Assembly (NCBI RefSeq): GCF_000284455.1
Contig: NC_017039.1
Span: 1,890,001-1,922,000, forward strand
Direction of reading: 5' to 3'
From: Synechocystis sp. PCC 6803 substr. PCC-P
Lineage (GTDB): Bacteria > Cyanobacteriota > Cyanobacteriia > Cyanobacteriales > Microcystaceae
Length of the DNA stretch: 32,000 nucleotides
Shown: in pieces, positions 18,218 through 29,687 of the stretch
How positions within the stretch are numbered: the first letter of the stretch is position 1
Layout: each line of letters opens with the position of its first letter
The notes under the pieces: generated by a model
The model's database searches: none
Seen by the model: only the letters and a program-made list of their open reading frames with translations
Told to the model about the DNA's origin: nothing
Program-made: the position numbers and the translations under genes

Positions 18218-19123
18218 ATGTCTTCCCTGCCCAAAAATTTTCTTCAACCTCTCCCTCTCCAACCAGGCGATCGCCTCACTGTGGTGTCCCCCAGCGGTAG
18301 TCTGCGGGAATTGGCGGACTTGCAAAAAGGGGTGGATATTTGGCGATCGTGGGGCTACGAGGTAATTTTCAGCCAAGGTTACCACAATCGCTTCGGCTAC
18401 CTAGCGGGAACAGATCAACAACGTAGGCAAGATTTACTCCACGCTTGGTTAGACCCCCAGTGTAAAGGAATTTTATGTAGTCGGGGGGGCTACGGCTCCG
18501 CCCGGTTGCTGGAAGATTGGCAATGGCCGGCAATTAGCCAACCAAAATGGGTGTTGGGTTTTTCCGATGTCACAGGGATTTTATGGAGTTTGCTCAAATC
18601 AGGTATTATCAGCCTCCACGGCCCTGTGTTGACTACCCTCAGCGATGAGCCGGATTGGGCCCTGGAACGGTTGCGTGGGCATCTTCAGGGTCTTCCCCTT
18701 GCACCATTGACCGGGAACAGTTGGCAGAAAGGAATGGCCCGAGGGCGTTTAGTGGCAGGTAATTTAACCGTTGCTACCCATTTTTTAGGAACAGAATGGC
18801 AACCAGATTTTGAAAACGTAATTTTGGCGATCGAAGATGTGACCGAATCCCCCTATCGCATTGACCGCATGGTGACCCAATGGCGAGCCTCCGGCAATTT
18901 ATCCCAGGTAGCTGGCATTGCCCTGGGGCGGTTCAGTGAATGTGAAGCTCCCGCCGGATTCCCCAGTTGGACAGTGGAAGAAGTCCTTGGCGATCGCCTG
19001 GGGGATTTGGGCATACCAGTGGTGGCGGATTTACCGTTTGGTCATGGCGGCGTCAATGCCATTTTGCCCGTGGGTAGCAAAGCGGAATTGGATGGGGACG
19101 CTGGCACCCTCAGCTTTTTGTAA
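18218..19123 (+). CDS. LD-carboxypeptidase (peptidase family S66)
   Basis: 'LQPGDRLTVVSPSGSLRELADLQKGVDIWRSWGYEV', 'GILCSRGGYGSARLLEDWQW', 'LGFSDVTGILWSL', 'DLPFGHG...LPVGSKAELD'. Confidence 0.93.
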   Translation: MSSLPKNFLQPLPLQPGDRLTVVSPSGSLRELADLQKGVDIWRSWGYEVIFSQGYHNRFGYLAGTDQQRRQDLLHAWLDPQCKGILCSRGGYGSARLLEDWQWPAISQPKWVLGFSDVTGILWSLLKSGIISLHGPVLTTLSDEPDWALERLRGHLQGLPLAPLTGNSWQKGMARGRLVAGNLTVATHFLGTEWQPDFENVILAIEDVTESPYRIDRMVTQWRASGNLSQVAGIALGRFSECEAPAGFPSWTVEEVLGDRLGDLGIPVVADLPFGHGGVNAILPVGSKAELDGDAGTLSFL

Positions 19124-19616
19124 AGTTTTATCATCTTTTGCCTCCGGAGATATTCATTGTCATAGCTCCGGTATTAATGCTCCAGATTGGTCTGGGCAAT
19201 AGCTTTGTGGCGATTATGGCCGGGGGAAAAATTCATAAAACTTATTAAAATTATTTGTTAATGAGTTTATAGCTTAACTACAAAAAGTTAATAGCTTGCT
19301 GGCATAAATAATCAATTTTTCTTGAAAAATATTTAGAAAAAATCTTTATACAGCAAAGGTTATGGACTCCACTCTCTATCTTAAGACATAGACAATTTTA
19401 TTCTTAATAAACAATTAAGAATTGTGTCAGCCCGGCAAAAAAGTGTGTCCAAATAGTTTGTTTTAGGTAAAATCCATTACAGACGGAAGGATTTTTCTGG
19501 GCAAATATCTATTCAACGTCACTGCTGTGCTTTCATTGATCAAAATTGCCGCCGCCCAAACCCAGTGGCCAAAGAGAGACAACAGTAAATATTCTCGACA
19601 TGGAGTTTCCTTGTCT

Positions 19617-20522
19617 ATGAACATCAATCCTCTCCTGCGGGCCTACGAACACGGTGTGCGCCGCTTTCCTCGGGAAAATTTACAAAATGCTGACCTATCG
19701 GGATTCACTCTGATTTCTGTCGATTTTGAGCGCACGAACCTGATTGGTAGTAATTTGCAGCGCACCTTTTTGACCAAAGCCCGCCTGGGGCACTGCCAAA
19801 TGAACTGGGCAGATTTGACCTATGCCAAACTCAACCAAGCAGATTTAAGCCATGCCGATCTGACCAAAGCCAGTCTCTACGGGGCTTTTGCAGTTAAAAC
19901 TAATTTCAAAGGAGCTAAGCTGAGCGGGGCAACCCTAGCCCATGCCAATCTCCGGGGAGCTAATCTGGAGCAGACTAATCTGACCGGAGCTAATCTGTTT
20001 GCTGCCAATTTACGGGAAGCCAATTTCCAGAAAGCCGATTTTTCCTGGGCTAATTTACAGGAAGCTTGCCTTAGTCTGGCTAATTTGCGCGATGCTAGGT
20101 TGTGGGCAACGGATTTGCGCCGGGCTTTTATGAAGGAAATGGATTTAAGTGCTCTCAGTCTCCACGGTTTAGCCATGGATGGGGCGAAATTAACCGGCAG
20201 TTGCCTGCGGGACACAAACCTTAGTCACTCCAGTTTGCGGGGCGCTAACCTCCGGGGGGCAGATTTAACCGGAGCAAATCTCACTGGAGTGGACCTGACC
20301 GGGGCTGATCTGATGGGGGCCAACCTAACCCAGGTAGTTTGGCACGATGCCGTGGTGGAAGGCGTTAATTGGGAAGAGGCGATCGCCGACCAGTCCATGT
20401 TTCGCGAAGGGATATTAGGACTGGGAAACCATCACAATCATCGCAGTCATAACGTCCACCAGGGGCGCCAGGGACTAAATATTAGTTGCTTTGGGGGCCT
20501 GCAGGCCGCCTATGTCATTTAG
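19617..20522 (+). CDS. pentapeptide-repeat protein
   Basis: Tandem A(D/N)LXX repeats ('NLRGANLEQTNLTGANLFAANLREANFQKADFSWANLQEA'). Start preferred at MNINPLLRAYEHGVRRFPREN (19617). Confidence 0.93.
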   Translation: MNINPLLRAYEHGVRRFPRENLQNADLSGFTLISVDFERTNLIGSNLQRTFLTKARLGHCQMNWADLTYAKLNQADLSHADLTKASLYGAFAVKTNFKGAKLSGATLAHANLRGANLEQTNLTGANLFAANLREANFQKADFSWANLQEACLSLANLRDARLWATDLRRAFMKEMDLSALSLHGLAMDGAKLTGSCLRDTNLSHSSLRGANLRGADLTGANLTGVDLTGADLMGANLTQVVWHDAVVEGVNWEEAIADQSMFREGILGLGNHHNHRSHNVHQGRQGLNISCFGGLQAAYVI

Positions 20523-20597
20523 CTGAAATGCACTGCAATAATTAAACAGTTGATTGATAATAGTCAATCAAAAGTACCACCGGCGGAAGAATCACCC

Positions 20598-20813
20598 CTA
20601 AAAGATTAATGCTTCCAGGAGAGCGGCACAGCCGAAGGATGCCAGGGCAACTTTAATCAGACGCAGTCCCTGCTGATTCAACCAATCCCGTTGGCGACGG
20701 AAAAACATGTAGGCATTCATGGCCCCCATCAAAAAGAACAGCAGAGAGAGCCAGTTGGTTTCTTTGGTAGCTGTGTCTGCGGAGGACATCGCCCAGGTCT
20801 GTGAGGATTGCAT
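20598..20813 (-). CDS. small membrane protein, unknown function
   Basis: 'LLFFLMGAMNAYMFFRRQRDWLNQQGLRLIKVALASFGCAALLEALIF': one or two hydrophobic segments. Start at MQSSQTWAM (20813). Confidence 0.65.
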   Translation of the reverse strand: MQSSQTWAMSSADTATKETNWLSLLFFLMGAMNAYMFFRRQRDWLNQQGLRLIKVALASFGCAALLEALIF

Positions 20814-20923
20814 GTTTGATTTCTCTAGGTAAACCAACTTTGACAACTACACCTTAACAAAAGCCAAGGCAATTGTAAACCTTTGTTAAGTATTGTTGAC
20901 TGGGGTGAAATTTTCTGCATTTC

Positions 20924-21742
20924 TTAGAAGGGCAGGCCCCAGGCTTGCCATTGTTGCCGGAGCCAACCAGAAGCCCGCAATTGCAGTAGGGTTTGGTTAA
21001 CTTCCCGTTGGAGAGCCTGATGTTGCAATCCTTTGGCCATGGCGATCGCTAAGGGGTTAACTGTTAATTGCAAAGGTAAATGATAGTAATCGGATTGGGA
21101 TTGGGCCCAGCCGCTCAGCACGGAATTGTCCCCAGCAAAGGCCATGGCTTGGCCCTGTTCTAGAATTTGATAGGCTTGGTCGTAGGAATCTACCCCCACA
21201 AGGGTAGCTTGGGGAAATGCTTGTTTGATAACGGGAATGGTGCCGCTGTTATTAAGCACCGCAATGGTGTGAGCCTGGTTGCGGTCTATGTTTTTCAGGG
21301 AGCTGTTTTTGCTAATTAAACCAACTCCGTCCATATAGTAGGGCGGGGAAAAATCCACCAGGCGATCGCGAGCAGGATTTTGGCCCATTTGGGCAATGAT
21401 TAAATCCACGTCACCATTGAGTAATAGGGGAAGCCGGTCCTGATTCTGTACCGGAACCAACTCCACCGCCGTTTCATCCCCCAGCAAAGCCAAAGCTAAA
21501 CGACGGGCCAAAGCAATTTCTAAACCAGTTAATTCCCCCTGTCCATCCCGAAAACCCAAAGGTCGTAAGTTATCCTTCACTCCCACCCTTAATTTACCCC
21601 GTTGCCGAATGGCTTCTAGGCTGACTTCTCGGCTAGTCATAGCTATCCCGTTGGTTTCCAAGACCATGGTTTGGGCCGTCGCACTGACAGTTAAACCCGG
21701 AATTAAAAATAGTAAACAGCTAGCGACAATTAGGCTACGCAT
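20924..21742 (-). CDS. gtrC: periplasmic solute-binding protein, family 3, of a TRAP-type glutamate transporter
   Basis: Signal peptide MRSLIVASCLLFLIPGLTVSATAQ; 'LRVGVKDNLRPLGFRDGQGELTGLEIALARRLALALLG' and 'VDLIIAQMGQNPARDRLVDFSPPYYMDGVGLI' are family 3 SBP signatures. Adjacent to DctM/DctQ-like genes. Confidence 0.85.
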   Translation of the reverse strand: MRSLIVASCLLFLIPGLTVSATAQTMVLETNGIAMTSREVSLEAIRQRGKLRVGVKDNLRPLGFRDGQGELTGLEIALARRLALALLGDETAVELVPVQNQDRLPLLLNGDVDLIIAQMGQNPARDRLVDFSPPYYMDGVGLISKNSSLKNIDRNQAHTIAVLNNSGTIPVIKQAFPQATLVGVDSYDQAYQILEQGQAMAFAGDNSVLSGWAQSQSDYYHLPLQLTVNPLAIAMAKGLQHQALQREVNQTLLQLRASGWLRQQWQAWGLPF

Positions 21743-21803
21743 GGAAAGAGTAGTATAAGTAAAAAAGCAGAAAAATTTCCCCATAGGTAGAAAATTAATT
21801 ACT

Positions 21804-23141
21804 TTATTGAACACTTAAAGAAGGTAACCAATTAATCAGAGCAGGGAAAATAATAATTAACAACAACACTAAAACTTGCAAGCCAATGAAGGGCACAGCT
21901 CCCCGATAAATTTGTCCAGTGGTCAAGCTAGCTGGTGCCACTCCCCGTAAGTAAAAGAGGGCAAAACCAAAGGGCGGTGTGAGGAAGGAGGTTTGTAAAT
22001 TGGCTCCCACAATGACACCGTACCAAATTAAATCAAGGTTTAGTGCCTCTGCCACAGGCTTAAACAGAGGCAGAACAATAAAGGCAATTTCAAAAAAGTC
22101 AATGAAAAATCCCAGGATGAAAATGGTGATCATACTAATGGCTAAAAAGCCAATTTGGCCACCGGGTAAATTAGCCAAAAGATCAAACATAAATCGATCG
22201 CCTTCCAGCCCCCGGAACACTAAGCTAAACGCAGTTGACCCCAATAGGATTAGCATCACCATGCTGGTAATGCGTAGGGTGGCGTCACAGACTTCCCAGA
22301 GGGCTTTCCAGTTCAGACGTTGATTAAAATGGGCCAAGGCGATCGCCCCGATGGAACCCACGGCCCCTGCTTCGGTGGGACTAGCAATGCCGAAGAAAAT
22401 ACTCCCCAGCACCAACAGAATTAAAACTAACGGGGGCAACATCACCTGCACTATACGTCTGCGTAATTCCTGGCCGCCAATGTTCCTAACTTCGGCCGGT
22501 AAAGCCGGGGCTAAGTCCGGTTTTAACCAGGCAATTATCAAGACATAAAGGGCAAAACTGCCGGCCATCATTAGTCCTGGAAGGAGGGAGCCGATAAATA
22601 AGTCCCCCACGGAAACTCCCAATTGATCAGCTAAAACGATCAAAACTACGCTAGGAGGAATGATTTGTCCCAGGGTGCCAGAGGCGACAATGACACCGGA
22701 TGCTAACTCTTTGCTGTAGCCATAGCGCAACATAATGGGTAGGGAAATTAAACCCATGGCCACAACGGTGGCCGCCACAACTCCGGTGGTTGCCGCCAGC
22801 ATAGTACCCACTAGGATCACCGCCAGGGCTAGTCCTCCCCGCAAATGCCCCAGGATAATACCCATGGTTTCTAATAGTTGCTCAGCAATGCCAGACCGCT
22901 CCAGCATGGATCCCAAAAAGATGAAAAAGGGAATAGCCAGCAGAGTACCATTGGCCATAATGCCAAAAATCCTTTGGGGCATGGCGGACAAGAATATGGG
23001 GTCAAAGGAACCTAAAGCCGCGCCGATGATGGCAAATAAAATCGCCACTCCCCCCAGGGAAAAGGCAACGGGATAGCCACAGCCCAGGAAGACCAATGCC
23101 CCCACAAACATCATTGGCCCTAACCAATCGTAGTCCACCAT
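21804..23141 (-). CDS. gtrB: TRAP transporter large permease (DctM family)
   Basis: 'ALVFLGCGYPVAFSLGGVAILFA', 'GTLLAIPFFIFLGSMLERSGIAEQLLE', 'LGQIIPPSVVLIVLADQ', 'GVIVGANLQTSFLTPPFGFALFYLRG'. Confidence 0.95.
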   Translation of the reverse strand: MVDYDWLGPMMFVGALVFLGCGYPVAFSLGGVAILFAIIGAALGSFDPIFLSAMPQRIFGIMANGTLLAIPFFIFLGSMLERSGIAEQLLETMGIILGHLRGGLALAVILVGTMLAATTGVVAATVVAMGLISLPIMLRYGYSKELASGVIVASGTLGQIIPPSVVLIVLADQLGVSVGDLFIGSLLPGLMMAGSFALYVLIIAWLKPDLAPALPAEVRNIGGQELRRRIVQVMLPPLVLILLVLGSIFFGIASPTEAGAVGSIGAIALAHFNQRLNWKALWEVCDATLRITSMVMLILLGSTAFSLVFRGLEGDRFMFDLLANLPGGQIGFLAISMITIFILGFFIDFFEIAFIVLPLFKPVAEALNLDLIWYGVIVGANLQTSFLTPPFGFALFYLRGVAPASLTTGQIYRGAVPFIGLQVLVLLLIIIFPALINWLPSLSVQ

Positions 23142-23680
23142 TAACCCCTAGCCTCCGTATCAACATGACCAAGGGCGATCGCCAGATTTTTAATTACTTC
23201 CGCAATGCCTTGGAAAATAAGTAGGACAAAACCGACAATAATCATGGTTTTAATGGGATAACGGGGTAATCCTCCCGGATCCGGCGAAGTTTCCCAAATG
23301 TGCCAGGAATTGATCACCGATTCCCAAGAATAAAAAATCACTAGCCCACAAAACGGGAATAAAAATAAACAGGTACCCAATAAATTCACCCAAGCCCGCT
23401 GGCGATCGCCAAGGGATTTGTAAAAAATATCCACCCGCACATGGTCATTGGTTTGCAGGGTGTAGGCAGCACCGAGAAGAAAAACTAGATCAAACAAATA
23501 CCATTGGGCTTCTAGCAAACCATTGGAGGCCAAGTTCTGGCCTACTAAGCGGCCGAGGTAGCGCCCCACCACATTCCAGCCGCCAGTTAGTACCATTGCC
23601 AATACTAACCATGCGGTAAATTTCCCAATCCAAGCGGTGAATTGATCGATAAGCTGGGCAATTTTGAGTAATTTGTCCAC
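23141..23680 (-). CDS. gtrA: TRAP transporter small permease (DctQ family)
   Basis: 'VVGRYLGRLVGQNLASNGLLEAQWYLFDLVFLLGAAYTLQTNDHVRVDIFY'. Overlaps the next gene by 1 nt (TAATG arrangement). Confidence 0.92.
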   Translation of the reverse strand: MDKLLKIAQLIDQFTAWIGKFTAWLVLAMVLTGGWNVVGRYLGRLVGQNLASNGLLEAQWYLFDLVFLLGAAYTLQTNDHVRVDIFYKSLGDRQRAWVNLLGTCLFLFPFCGLVIFYSWESVINSWHIWETSPDPGGLPRYPIKTMIIVGFVLLIFQGIAEVIKNLAIALGHVDTEARG

Positions 23681-23845
23681 TAATTACTGGCCTCCCTCAG
23701 CCAAAGAACTTCCCATAAAAATAGAGCAAATTCTAGATGTTCAGACTACAACCTAGACCAGCAAGTTTCGCCATTAAACAAATAAAAAATCCTCACCATT
23801 TTACTAGCGAGGACAATTTGACTCTAAAAATAAGAATGTCAAATT

Positions 23846-24163
23846 CTATAGCTTGACTTCGATATCAACCCCGGCAGGGAGATCCAACTTCATCAGAGCG
23901 TCAATGGTCTTGGAAGAAGGCTGATAAATGTCGATAATGCGGCGGTGGGTGCGGGTTTCAAAATGTTCCCGGGAATCCTTATCCACGTGGGGAGAGCGCA
24001 ACACACAATAAATTTTCCGTTTGGTGGGCAAAGGAATCGGCCCCACAGCGGCGGCATTAGTACGATTAGCGGTATCAACAATTTTGTCGCAGGATGTATC
24101 GAGGAGGCGACGGTCAAAGGCTTTGAGGCGGATACGGATTTTTTGTTGTTGCAATGTTGCCAT
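23846..24163 (-). CDS. rpsJ: 30S ribosomal protein S10
   Basis: '[97 protein letters not shown]'. Confidence 0.99.
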   Translation of the reverse strand: MATLQQQKIRIRLKAFDRRLLDTSCDKIVDTANRTNAAAVGPIPLPTKRKIYCVLRSPHVDKDSREHFETRTHRRIIDIYQPSSKTIDALMKLDLPAGVDIEVKL

Positions 24164-24301
24164 GGAAATTTAACTCAGAATTAGCGGACTGTTTAATTGT
24201 CAAGGTTCAGAAAGTTGAATAGTCAGTGGGGCTGGCCCAGTCAGAAAAAACTTACCGTAACCAACCCAACACCAACTACATCATGAATGTTGTTCTAAGG
24301 A

Positions 24302-25501
24302 CTACTTCAAAATCTTAGAAACAACACCGGCGCCGATGGTACGACCACCTTCGCGGATAGCAAAACGCATCCCCTGTTCAATGGCGATCGGGTTAATGAG
24401 CTCAACGGTCATTTTGATACGATCCCCAGGCATAACCATTTCCACAGCACTGCCGTCGTCAGCGGTGTAGCTTTTGATGGTACCGGTTACGTCAGTGGTC
24501 CGTACATAGAACTGAGGGCGGTAGTTGGCAAAGAAAGGAGTGTGGCGGCCACCTTCTTCTTTCTTGAGCACGTAAACTTCCCCTTCAAATTCGGTGTGGG
24601 GAGTGATGGAACCGGGTTTAGCCAAAACCATACCCCGTTCGATGTCCTCTTTTTGAATCCCCCGGAGGAGCAGACCCACGTTGTCCCCAGCCATTCCCTC
24701 TTCAAGGGTTTTTTGGAACATTTCCACACCGGTAACAGTGGCTTTACGGGTATCTTTAATGCCGACGATGGAAATTTCTTCGCCAACTTTAACTTTTCCG
24801 CGCTCAATCCGACCGGTGGCAACGGTACCACGACCAGTGATGGAGAATACGTCTTCCACCGCCATCAAGAAGGGCTTATCAACTTCCCGCTCAGGGGTGT
24901 CGATGTAGTCGTCAACGGCTTTCATGAGTTCAAGAATCGCATCTTTGTATTCTTTTTCTCCTTCGATCGCCTTGAGGGCAGAGCCAGCAACGATGGGAAT
25001 GTCATCACCGGGGAAATCGTAGTCGCTGAGCAATTCACGAACTTCCAGTTCCACCAATTCCAGCAGTTCTTCGTCGTCCACCATGTCTTTCTTATTCAAA
25101 AAGACCACCAGTTTGGGAACCCCTACTTGCTTAGCCAAAAGAATGTGTTCCCGGGTTTGGGGCATGGGGCCATCAGCGGCGGAAACCACCAGAATCGCAC
25201 CGTCCATCTGGGCAGCACCGGTGATCATGTTTTTCACATAGTCAGCGTGACCAGGACAGTCTACGTGGGCATAGTGACGGCTATCGGTTTCATACTCAAC
25301 GTGGGCAGTATTGATGGTAATGCCCCGGGCTTTTTCCTCAGGAGCCGCGTCAATATCTTCATATTTCCGGGCTTTGGCACCACCCAATTCCGCCAAGGTC
25401 ATGGTGATCGCCGCCGTTAGGGTGGTTTTACCGTGGTCAACGTGACCAATGGTGCCAATGTTTACGTGGTCTTTCGTCCGTTCAAATTTTGCGCGTGCCA
25501 T
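24302..25501 (-). CDS. tufA: elongation factor Tu
   Basis: '[25 protein letters not shown]', '[39 protein letters not shown]', 399 aa. Confidence 0.99.
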   Translation of the reverse strand: MARAKFERTKDHVNIGTIGHVDHGKTTLTAAITMTLAELGGAKARKYEDIDAAPEEKARGITINTAHVEYETDSRHYAHVDCPGHADYVKNMITGAAQMDGAILVVSAADGPMPQTREHILLAKQVGVPKLVVFLNKKDMVDDEELLELVELEVRELLSDYDFPGDDIPIVAGSALKAIEGEKEYKDAILELMKAVDDYIDTPEREVDKPFLMAVEDVFSITGRGTVATGRIERGKVKVGEEISIVGIKDTRKATVTGVEMFQKTLEEGMAGDNVGLLLRGIQKEDIERGMVLAKPGSITPHTEFEGEVYVLKKEEGGRHTPFFANYRPQFYVRTTDVTGTIKSYTADDGSAVEMVMPGDRIKMTVELINPIAIEQGMRFAIREGGRTIGAGVVSKILK

Positions 25502-25560
25502 GAATAAATAAGTCCTTTGATTGTTTCTACACAGATTGCAGTCCTAGGAGAACTGCCGGC

Positions 25561-27636
25561 TTAGGCATAGCCTCTGCTTTTGGCGACGATCGCCTCGGCA
25601 ACATTACGGGGTACTTCTGCATAATGGCTAAATTCCATCGAAAAAATACCCCGGCCTTGGGTTTTTGACCGGATATCGGTCGCATAGCCAAACATTTCCG
25701 CCAATGGAACACTAGCGGCCACTTTGGCTATGCCCTGCTCCGTTTCCTGGCCCTCAATATGGCCCCGACGGGCATTGAGGTCACCGATCACGTTGCCCAT
25801 GAAGTCATCAGGAACTTCAATTTCGACTTTCATGACCGGCTCTAGGAGCACAGGGTCAGCTTGGCCCACAGCCTCCCGGATTGCCATGGAACCAGCAATC
25901 TTGAAGGCCATTTCCGATGAGTCCACATCATGGAAAGACCCATCTACCAAGGTGGCTTTGAGGTCAATGACCGGGTAGCCCGCCAATACCCCCGAAGCAC
26001 AGGCTTCTTTCATCCCCTGTTCCGACGGGGCAATGTATTCCTTGGGAATAACGCCACCGACGATTTTAGAGACAAATTCAAAGCCCGTCCCTGGCTCGGT
26101 AGGCTCCACCTCAATGACCACATGGCCATATTGGCCCTTGCCCCCACTCTGGCGAATAAATTTACCTTCTGCCTGTACTGCCTTACGGATGGTTTCCCGA
26201 TAGGCTACTTGGGGAGCACCCACATTGGCCTCCACCTTAAATTCCCGTAGCATGCGGTCCACCAGAATTTCTAAATGCAATTCTCCCATGCCAGCAATTA
26301 CCGTTTGGTTGGTCTCGGGATCGACACTGACGCGAAAAGTGGGATCTTCCTCGGATAAAGATTGTAAAGCTTTGGAAAGCTTATCCATATCCTGTTTAGT
26401 TTTTGGTTCCACCGCTACGGAAATAACTGGCTGGGGGACAAACAAGGATTCTAAAATAATCGGCTCTTGGTCATCACAAAGGGTATCCCCAGTGAGGGTA
26501 TCCTTGAGCCCCAACACTGCGCCCAAATCTCCGGCATTTAACTGGTCCACCTCAATGCGGTCATCGGCTTTGAGGATGATTAATCGGGAAATGCGTTCCT
26601 TCTTCTCTTTGGTGGAATTCAATACATAACTGCCCTTTTCCAACACGCCGGAATAAACCCGCACGAAGGTGAGCCGGCCAAACGGGTCCGCCATTACTTT
26701 GAAGGCCAAAGCTGACAGGGGAGCTTTATCTTCCGCCGGTCTGGTGGCTACTTCGCCATCGGGTAGATGTCCCTCGATCGCCGGCACTTCTAGGGGGGAG
26801 GGGAGGTAATCCACCACCGCATCGAGTAAAAGTTGAACTCCCTTATTTTTAAATGCGGAGCCACAAAGCACTGGCACCATGGTCCCAGCAATGGTTCCCC
26901 GGCGCAGGCCGGCTACTAACTCATCGGCGGTTAACTCTTCCCCTTCCAAGTATTTCTCCATCAGAGCATCATCTGCTTCCGCCACCGATTCCACTAGGCG
27001 CAGGCGATATTCTTCCGTTTTATCCTTCACTGAATCGGGAATGGGAACTTCCTGGATATCTGTGCCCAGATCGTTTTTGTATAAATAGGCCTTCATGCGC
27101 ACCAAATCCACAATGCCTTCAAACTCCGCTTCACTACCGATGGGAATTTGAACGGGCACCGCATTGGCCCGTAGGCGATCGCCAATCTGTTGACAGACCC
27201 GGAAAAAATTAGCCCCGGTGCGGTCCATCTTATTGACGAAGGCAATGCGGGGCACTTGGTATCGTTCCGCTTGACGCCACACTGTTTCTGATTGGGGTTG
27301 CACTCCACCCACGGAACAAAATACAGCAATTACTCCGTCCAACACTCGCATGGAGCGCTCCACCTCAATGGTGAAATCCACGTGCCCCGGAGTGTCAATG
27401 ATGTTGATATGATGCCCCAACCAATCGGTACTAATAGCGGCGGCGGTGATGGTGATGCCCCTTTCCCTTTCCTGGGCCATCCAGTCCGTTACTGCCGTAC
27501 CTTCATGAACCTCACCGATTTTATGAACCACGCCAGAGTAGAACAGAATCCGTTCCGTCGTGGTGGTCTTACCCGCATCAATGTGGGCGGCGATACCAAT
27601 GTTACGTATTCGTTCTAGGGGCACTGTGCGAGCCAT
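25561..27636 (-). CDS. fusA: elongation factor G
   Basis: '[25 protein letters not shown]', '[24 protein letters not shown]', '[12 protein letters not shown]', 691 aa. Confidence 0.99.
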
Positions 27637-27842
27637 AAAGTTTACTCCTAACCGGGGGTTCGACCAAAAACAAGCTCTCTCTTTCCCAAGGGAAAACGGG
27701 AGGCCATTAACAATTCTATACGTTTTCCCCGACCTTTCTAGATCTGCAACTAAATCTAGGGGGAATTTTCCTGAAAACTAACCCAGGGAGGCGTGGGGGC
27801 AACTCAACCCCAAACCTGTATCAATGTTGCCTTGCCTATTGC

Positions 27843-28313
27843 CTAGTAGCGGTAATGGGCAAAGGCCTTGTTGGCTTCGGCCATGCGGTGGGTTTCTTCC
27901 CGCTTTTTGATGGCGGCACCGGTTTCATTGGCGGCATCCATAATTTCGTTAGCCAATTTGCTTTCCATGGTGCGACCACCCCGAGCACGGGAAAAATGCA
28001 CCAACCAACGTAAAGCTAGGGCAGTTCCCCGGGCAGGACGAACTTCCATGGGTACTTGGTAGGTGGCACCACCAACCCGGCGGGCTTTAACTTCCACCAG
28101 GGGAGTCAAGTTTTTGATTGCCTTTTCAAACACTTCCAAGGGATCTTCGCCAGTTTTCTCACCAACGGAGGCCAAGGCATTGTAAACAATGCTAGAAGCT
28201 AAGGATTTTTTGCCGGAGCGCATTACCCTACGGATGGTCATACTCAGCAGAGTGCTGTTGTAAACGGGATCCGGGGGCACAGGGCGCTTTTTGACATTGC
28301 CACGACGAGACAT
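27843..28313 (-). CDS. rpsG: 30S ribosomal protein S7
   Basis: '[47 protein letters not shown]', '[16 protein letters not shown]', 156 aa. Confidence 0.99.
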   Translation of the reverse strand: MSRRGNVKKRPVPPDPVYNSTLLSMTIRRVMRSGKKSLASSIVYNALASVGEKTGEDPLEVFEKAIKNLTPLVEVKARRVGGATYQVPMEVRPARGTALALRWLVHFSRARGGRTMESKLANEIMDAANETGAAIKKREETHRMAEANKAFAHYRY

Positions 28314-28463
28314 AACTTTTTACTCTTTTTGCTCTGGATAACGATTAAAAGTTGTGATTACTGCCAAACGTTTCGGGCTGGGTTGCCGAAAGTAAGGGGA
28401 GTGGTAAAGCCAGCTACACCTTCACTGGACAGGGGCGGCTAGGCTAATGGAAAGTTGGGAAAG

Positions 28464-28844
28464 TTATTTCTTCGCTTTTTCCCGTTTGGTGCCGTATTTG
28501 GAGCGACCCTGTTTGCGGTCTTTAACTCCGGTGGCGTCCAACGTGCCCCGCACAATATGGTAGCGAACCCCAGGCAAATCTTTTACCCGACCGCCCCGGA
28601 TTAGTACTACGGAGTGTTCTTGCAGGTTGTGGCCAATGCCAGGGATATAGGCAGTTACTTCAAACCCGGAGGTGAGGCGTACCCGGGCCACTTTCCGGAG
28701 GGCGGAGTTGGGCTTTTTGGGGGTGGTGGTGTAAACCCTAGTGCAGACTCCCCGCCGTTGGGGACATTGCTTGAGGGCAGGGGATTTAGTTTTCTTCTGT
28801 ACCTTCGAGCGTTCGCTACGAATTAGCTGCTGGATAGTTGGCAT
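28464..28844 (-). CDS. rpsL: 30S ribosomal protein S12
   Basis: '[100 protein letters not shown]'. Confidence 0.99.
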   Translation of the reverse strand: MPTIQQLIRSERSKVQKKTKSPALKQCPQRRGVCTRVYTTTPKKPNSALRKVARVRLTSGFEVTAYIPGIGHNLQEHSVVLIRGGRVKDLPGVRYHIVRGTLDATGVKDRKQGRSKYGTKREKAKK

Positions 28845-28940
28845 GTGTTAAATATAGTGGGAATTAGGATCGTTCTCCTAATAGATAAGAAAATCATCGA
28901 CAAATTTTCATCATACCGCTGCCTATTTAGCGCTGTCAAC

Positions 28941-29576
28941 CTAAGTTTTATCTGCTGCGATGAAGGTGACGGGTAGGTATTGCAAGTCCGTGGGATGGTC
29001 TATGTCCGGTAGGGTTGGTAAGTCGTAAGGGCGATCGCCATTTTGGACAATTTTTGCCAAGGTCTGTTGGTAAACGACTCCAGTGCCCCAGTCAATTTGC
29101 TCGAAATAGGCTGGGTTGAAGTTGGTCAAGCCCATTAGATAATAACCGCCATCCAGGGCCGGCCCCAGCACTACCGGGTAATTATCCAAGGCAGTGAAGG
29201 CGGTTTGGAGTAGTTCTTGAGTAATACCAGGGCAATCAATGCCGATAATCACAACTTTGTTGCCTCCCTGCCCAAAGGCCCACTGGCAAGACTGTTGCAG
29301 GCGATCGCCTAAATCTCCAGTTCCTTGGGGTTGATAACAAAAATTAGTTCCTAGCCACTGTTCCATCTGCTGTCTAGTTCCGCCAGTGTAAAAAACAGTT
29401 ATTTGACAAGGGGCATCGGTTTGGCAGCGAAAATTATGGGCGGTTTGAACGGTATGTTCCGTCAGTTGTTGCTGTAGCTTGGCCGCTCCCCTAGAGCCAA
29501 GGGCAGGGATCAGGCGAGTTTTGGTTTTTCCGGGTTCTGGCCAACGGGTGAAAATAATTAAATGCTGTTCAGCCAT
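28941..29576 (-). CDS. TIGR04282/DUF2064-like glycosyltransferase-fold protein
   Basis: 'LIIFTRWPEPGKTKTRLIPALGSRGAAKLQQQLTEHTV', 'GNKVVIIGIDCPGITQELLQTAFTALDNYPVVLGPALDGGYYLMGL', 'DIDHPTDL'. Confidence 0.88.
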   Translation of the reverse strand: MAEQHLIIFTRWPEPGKTKTRLIPALGSRGAAKLQQQLTEHTVQTAHNFRCQTDAPCQITVFYTGGTRQQMEQWLGTNFCYQPQGTGDLGDRLQQSCQWAFGQGGNKVVIIGIDCPGITQELLQTAFTALDNYPVVLGPALDGGYYLMGLTNFNPAYFEQIDWGTGVVYQQTLAKIVQNGDRPYDLPTLPDIDHPTDLQYLPVTFIAADKT

Positions 29577-29687
29577 GGAAAGTGGGGGGGCGGAGATAAA
29601 TAACTCCAGTCAACTCCGGCCATTCTGTTAATCTTGAGAACGGCTAATTTATCATAATTTTTCCAGCAGTTGTAGAGGTTACAGTCC

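Noticed and set aside
19700-20340. Apparent tandem repeats of about 15 nt
   Set aside because: Explained by pentapeptide-repeat coding; spacing matches 5 codons, and there are no CRISPR-like conserved direct repeats with variable spacers.
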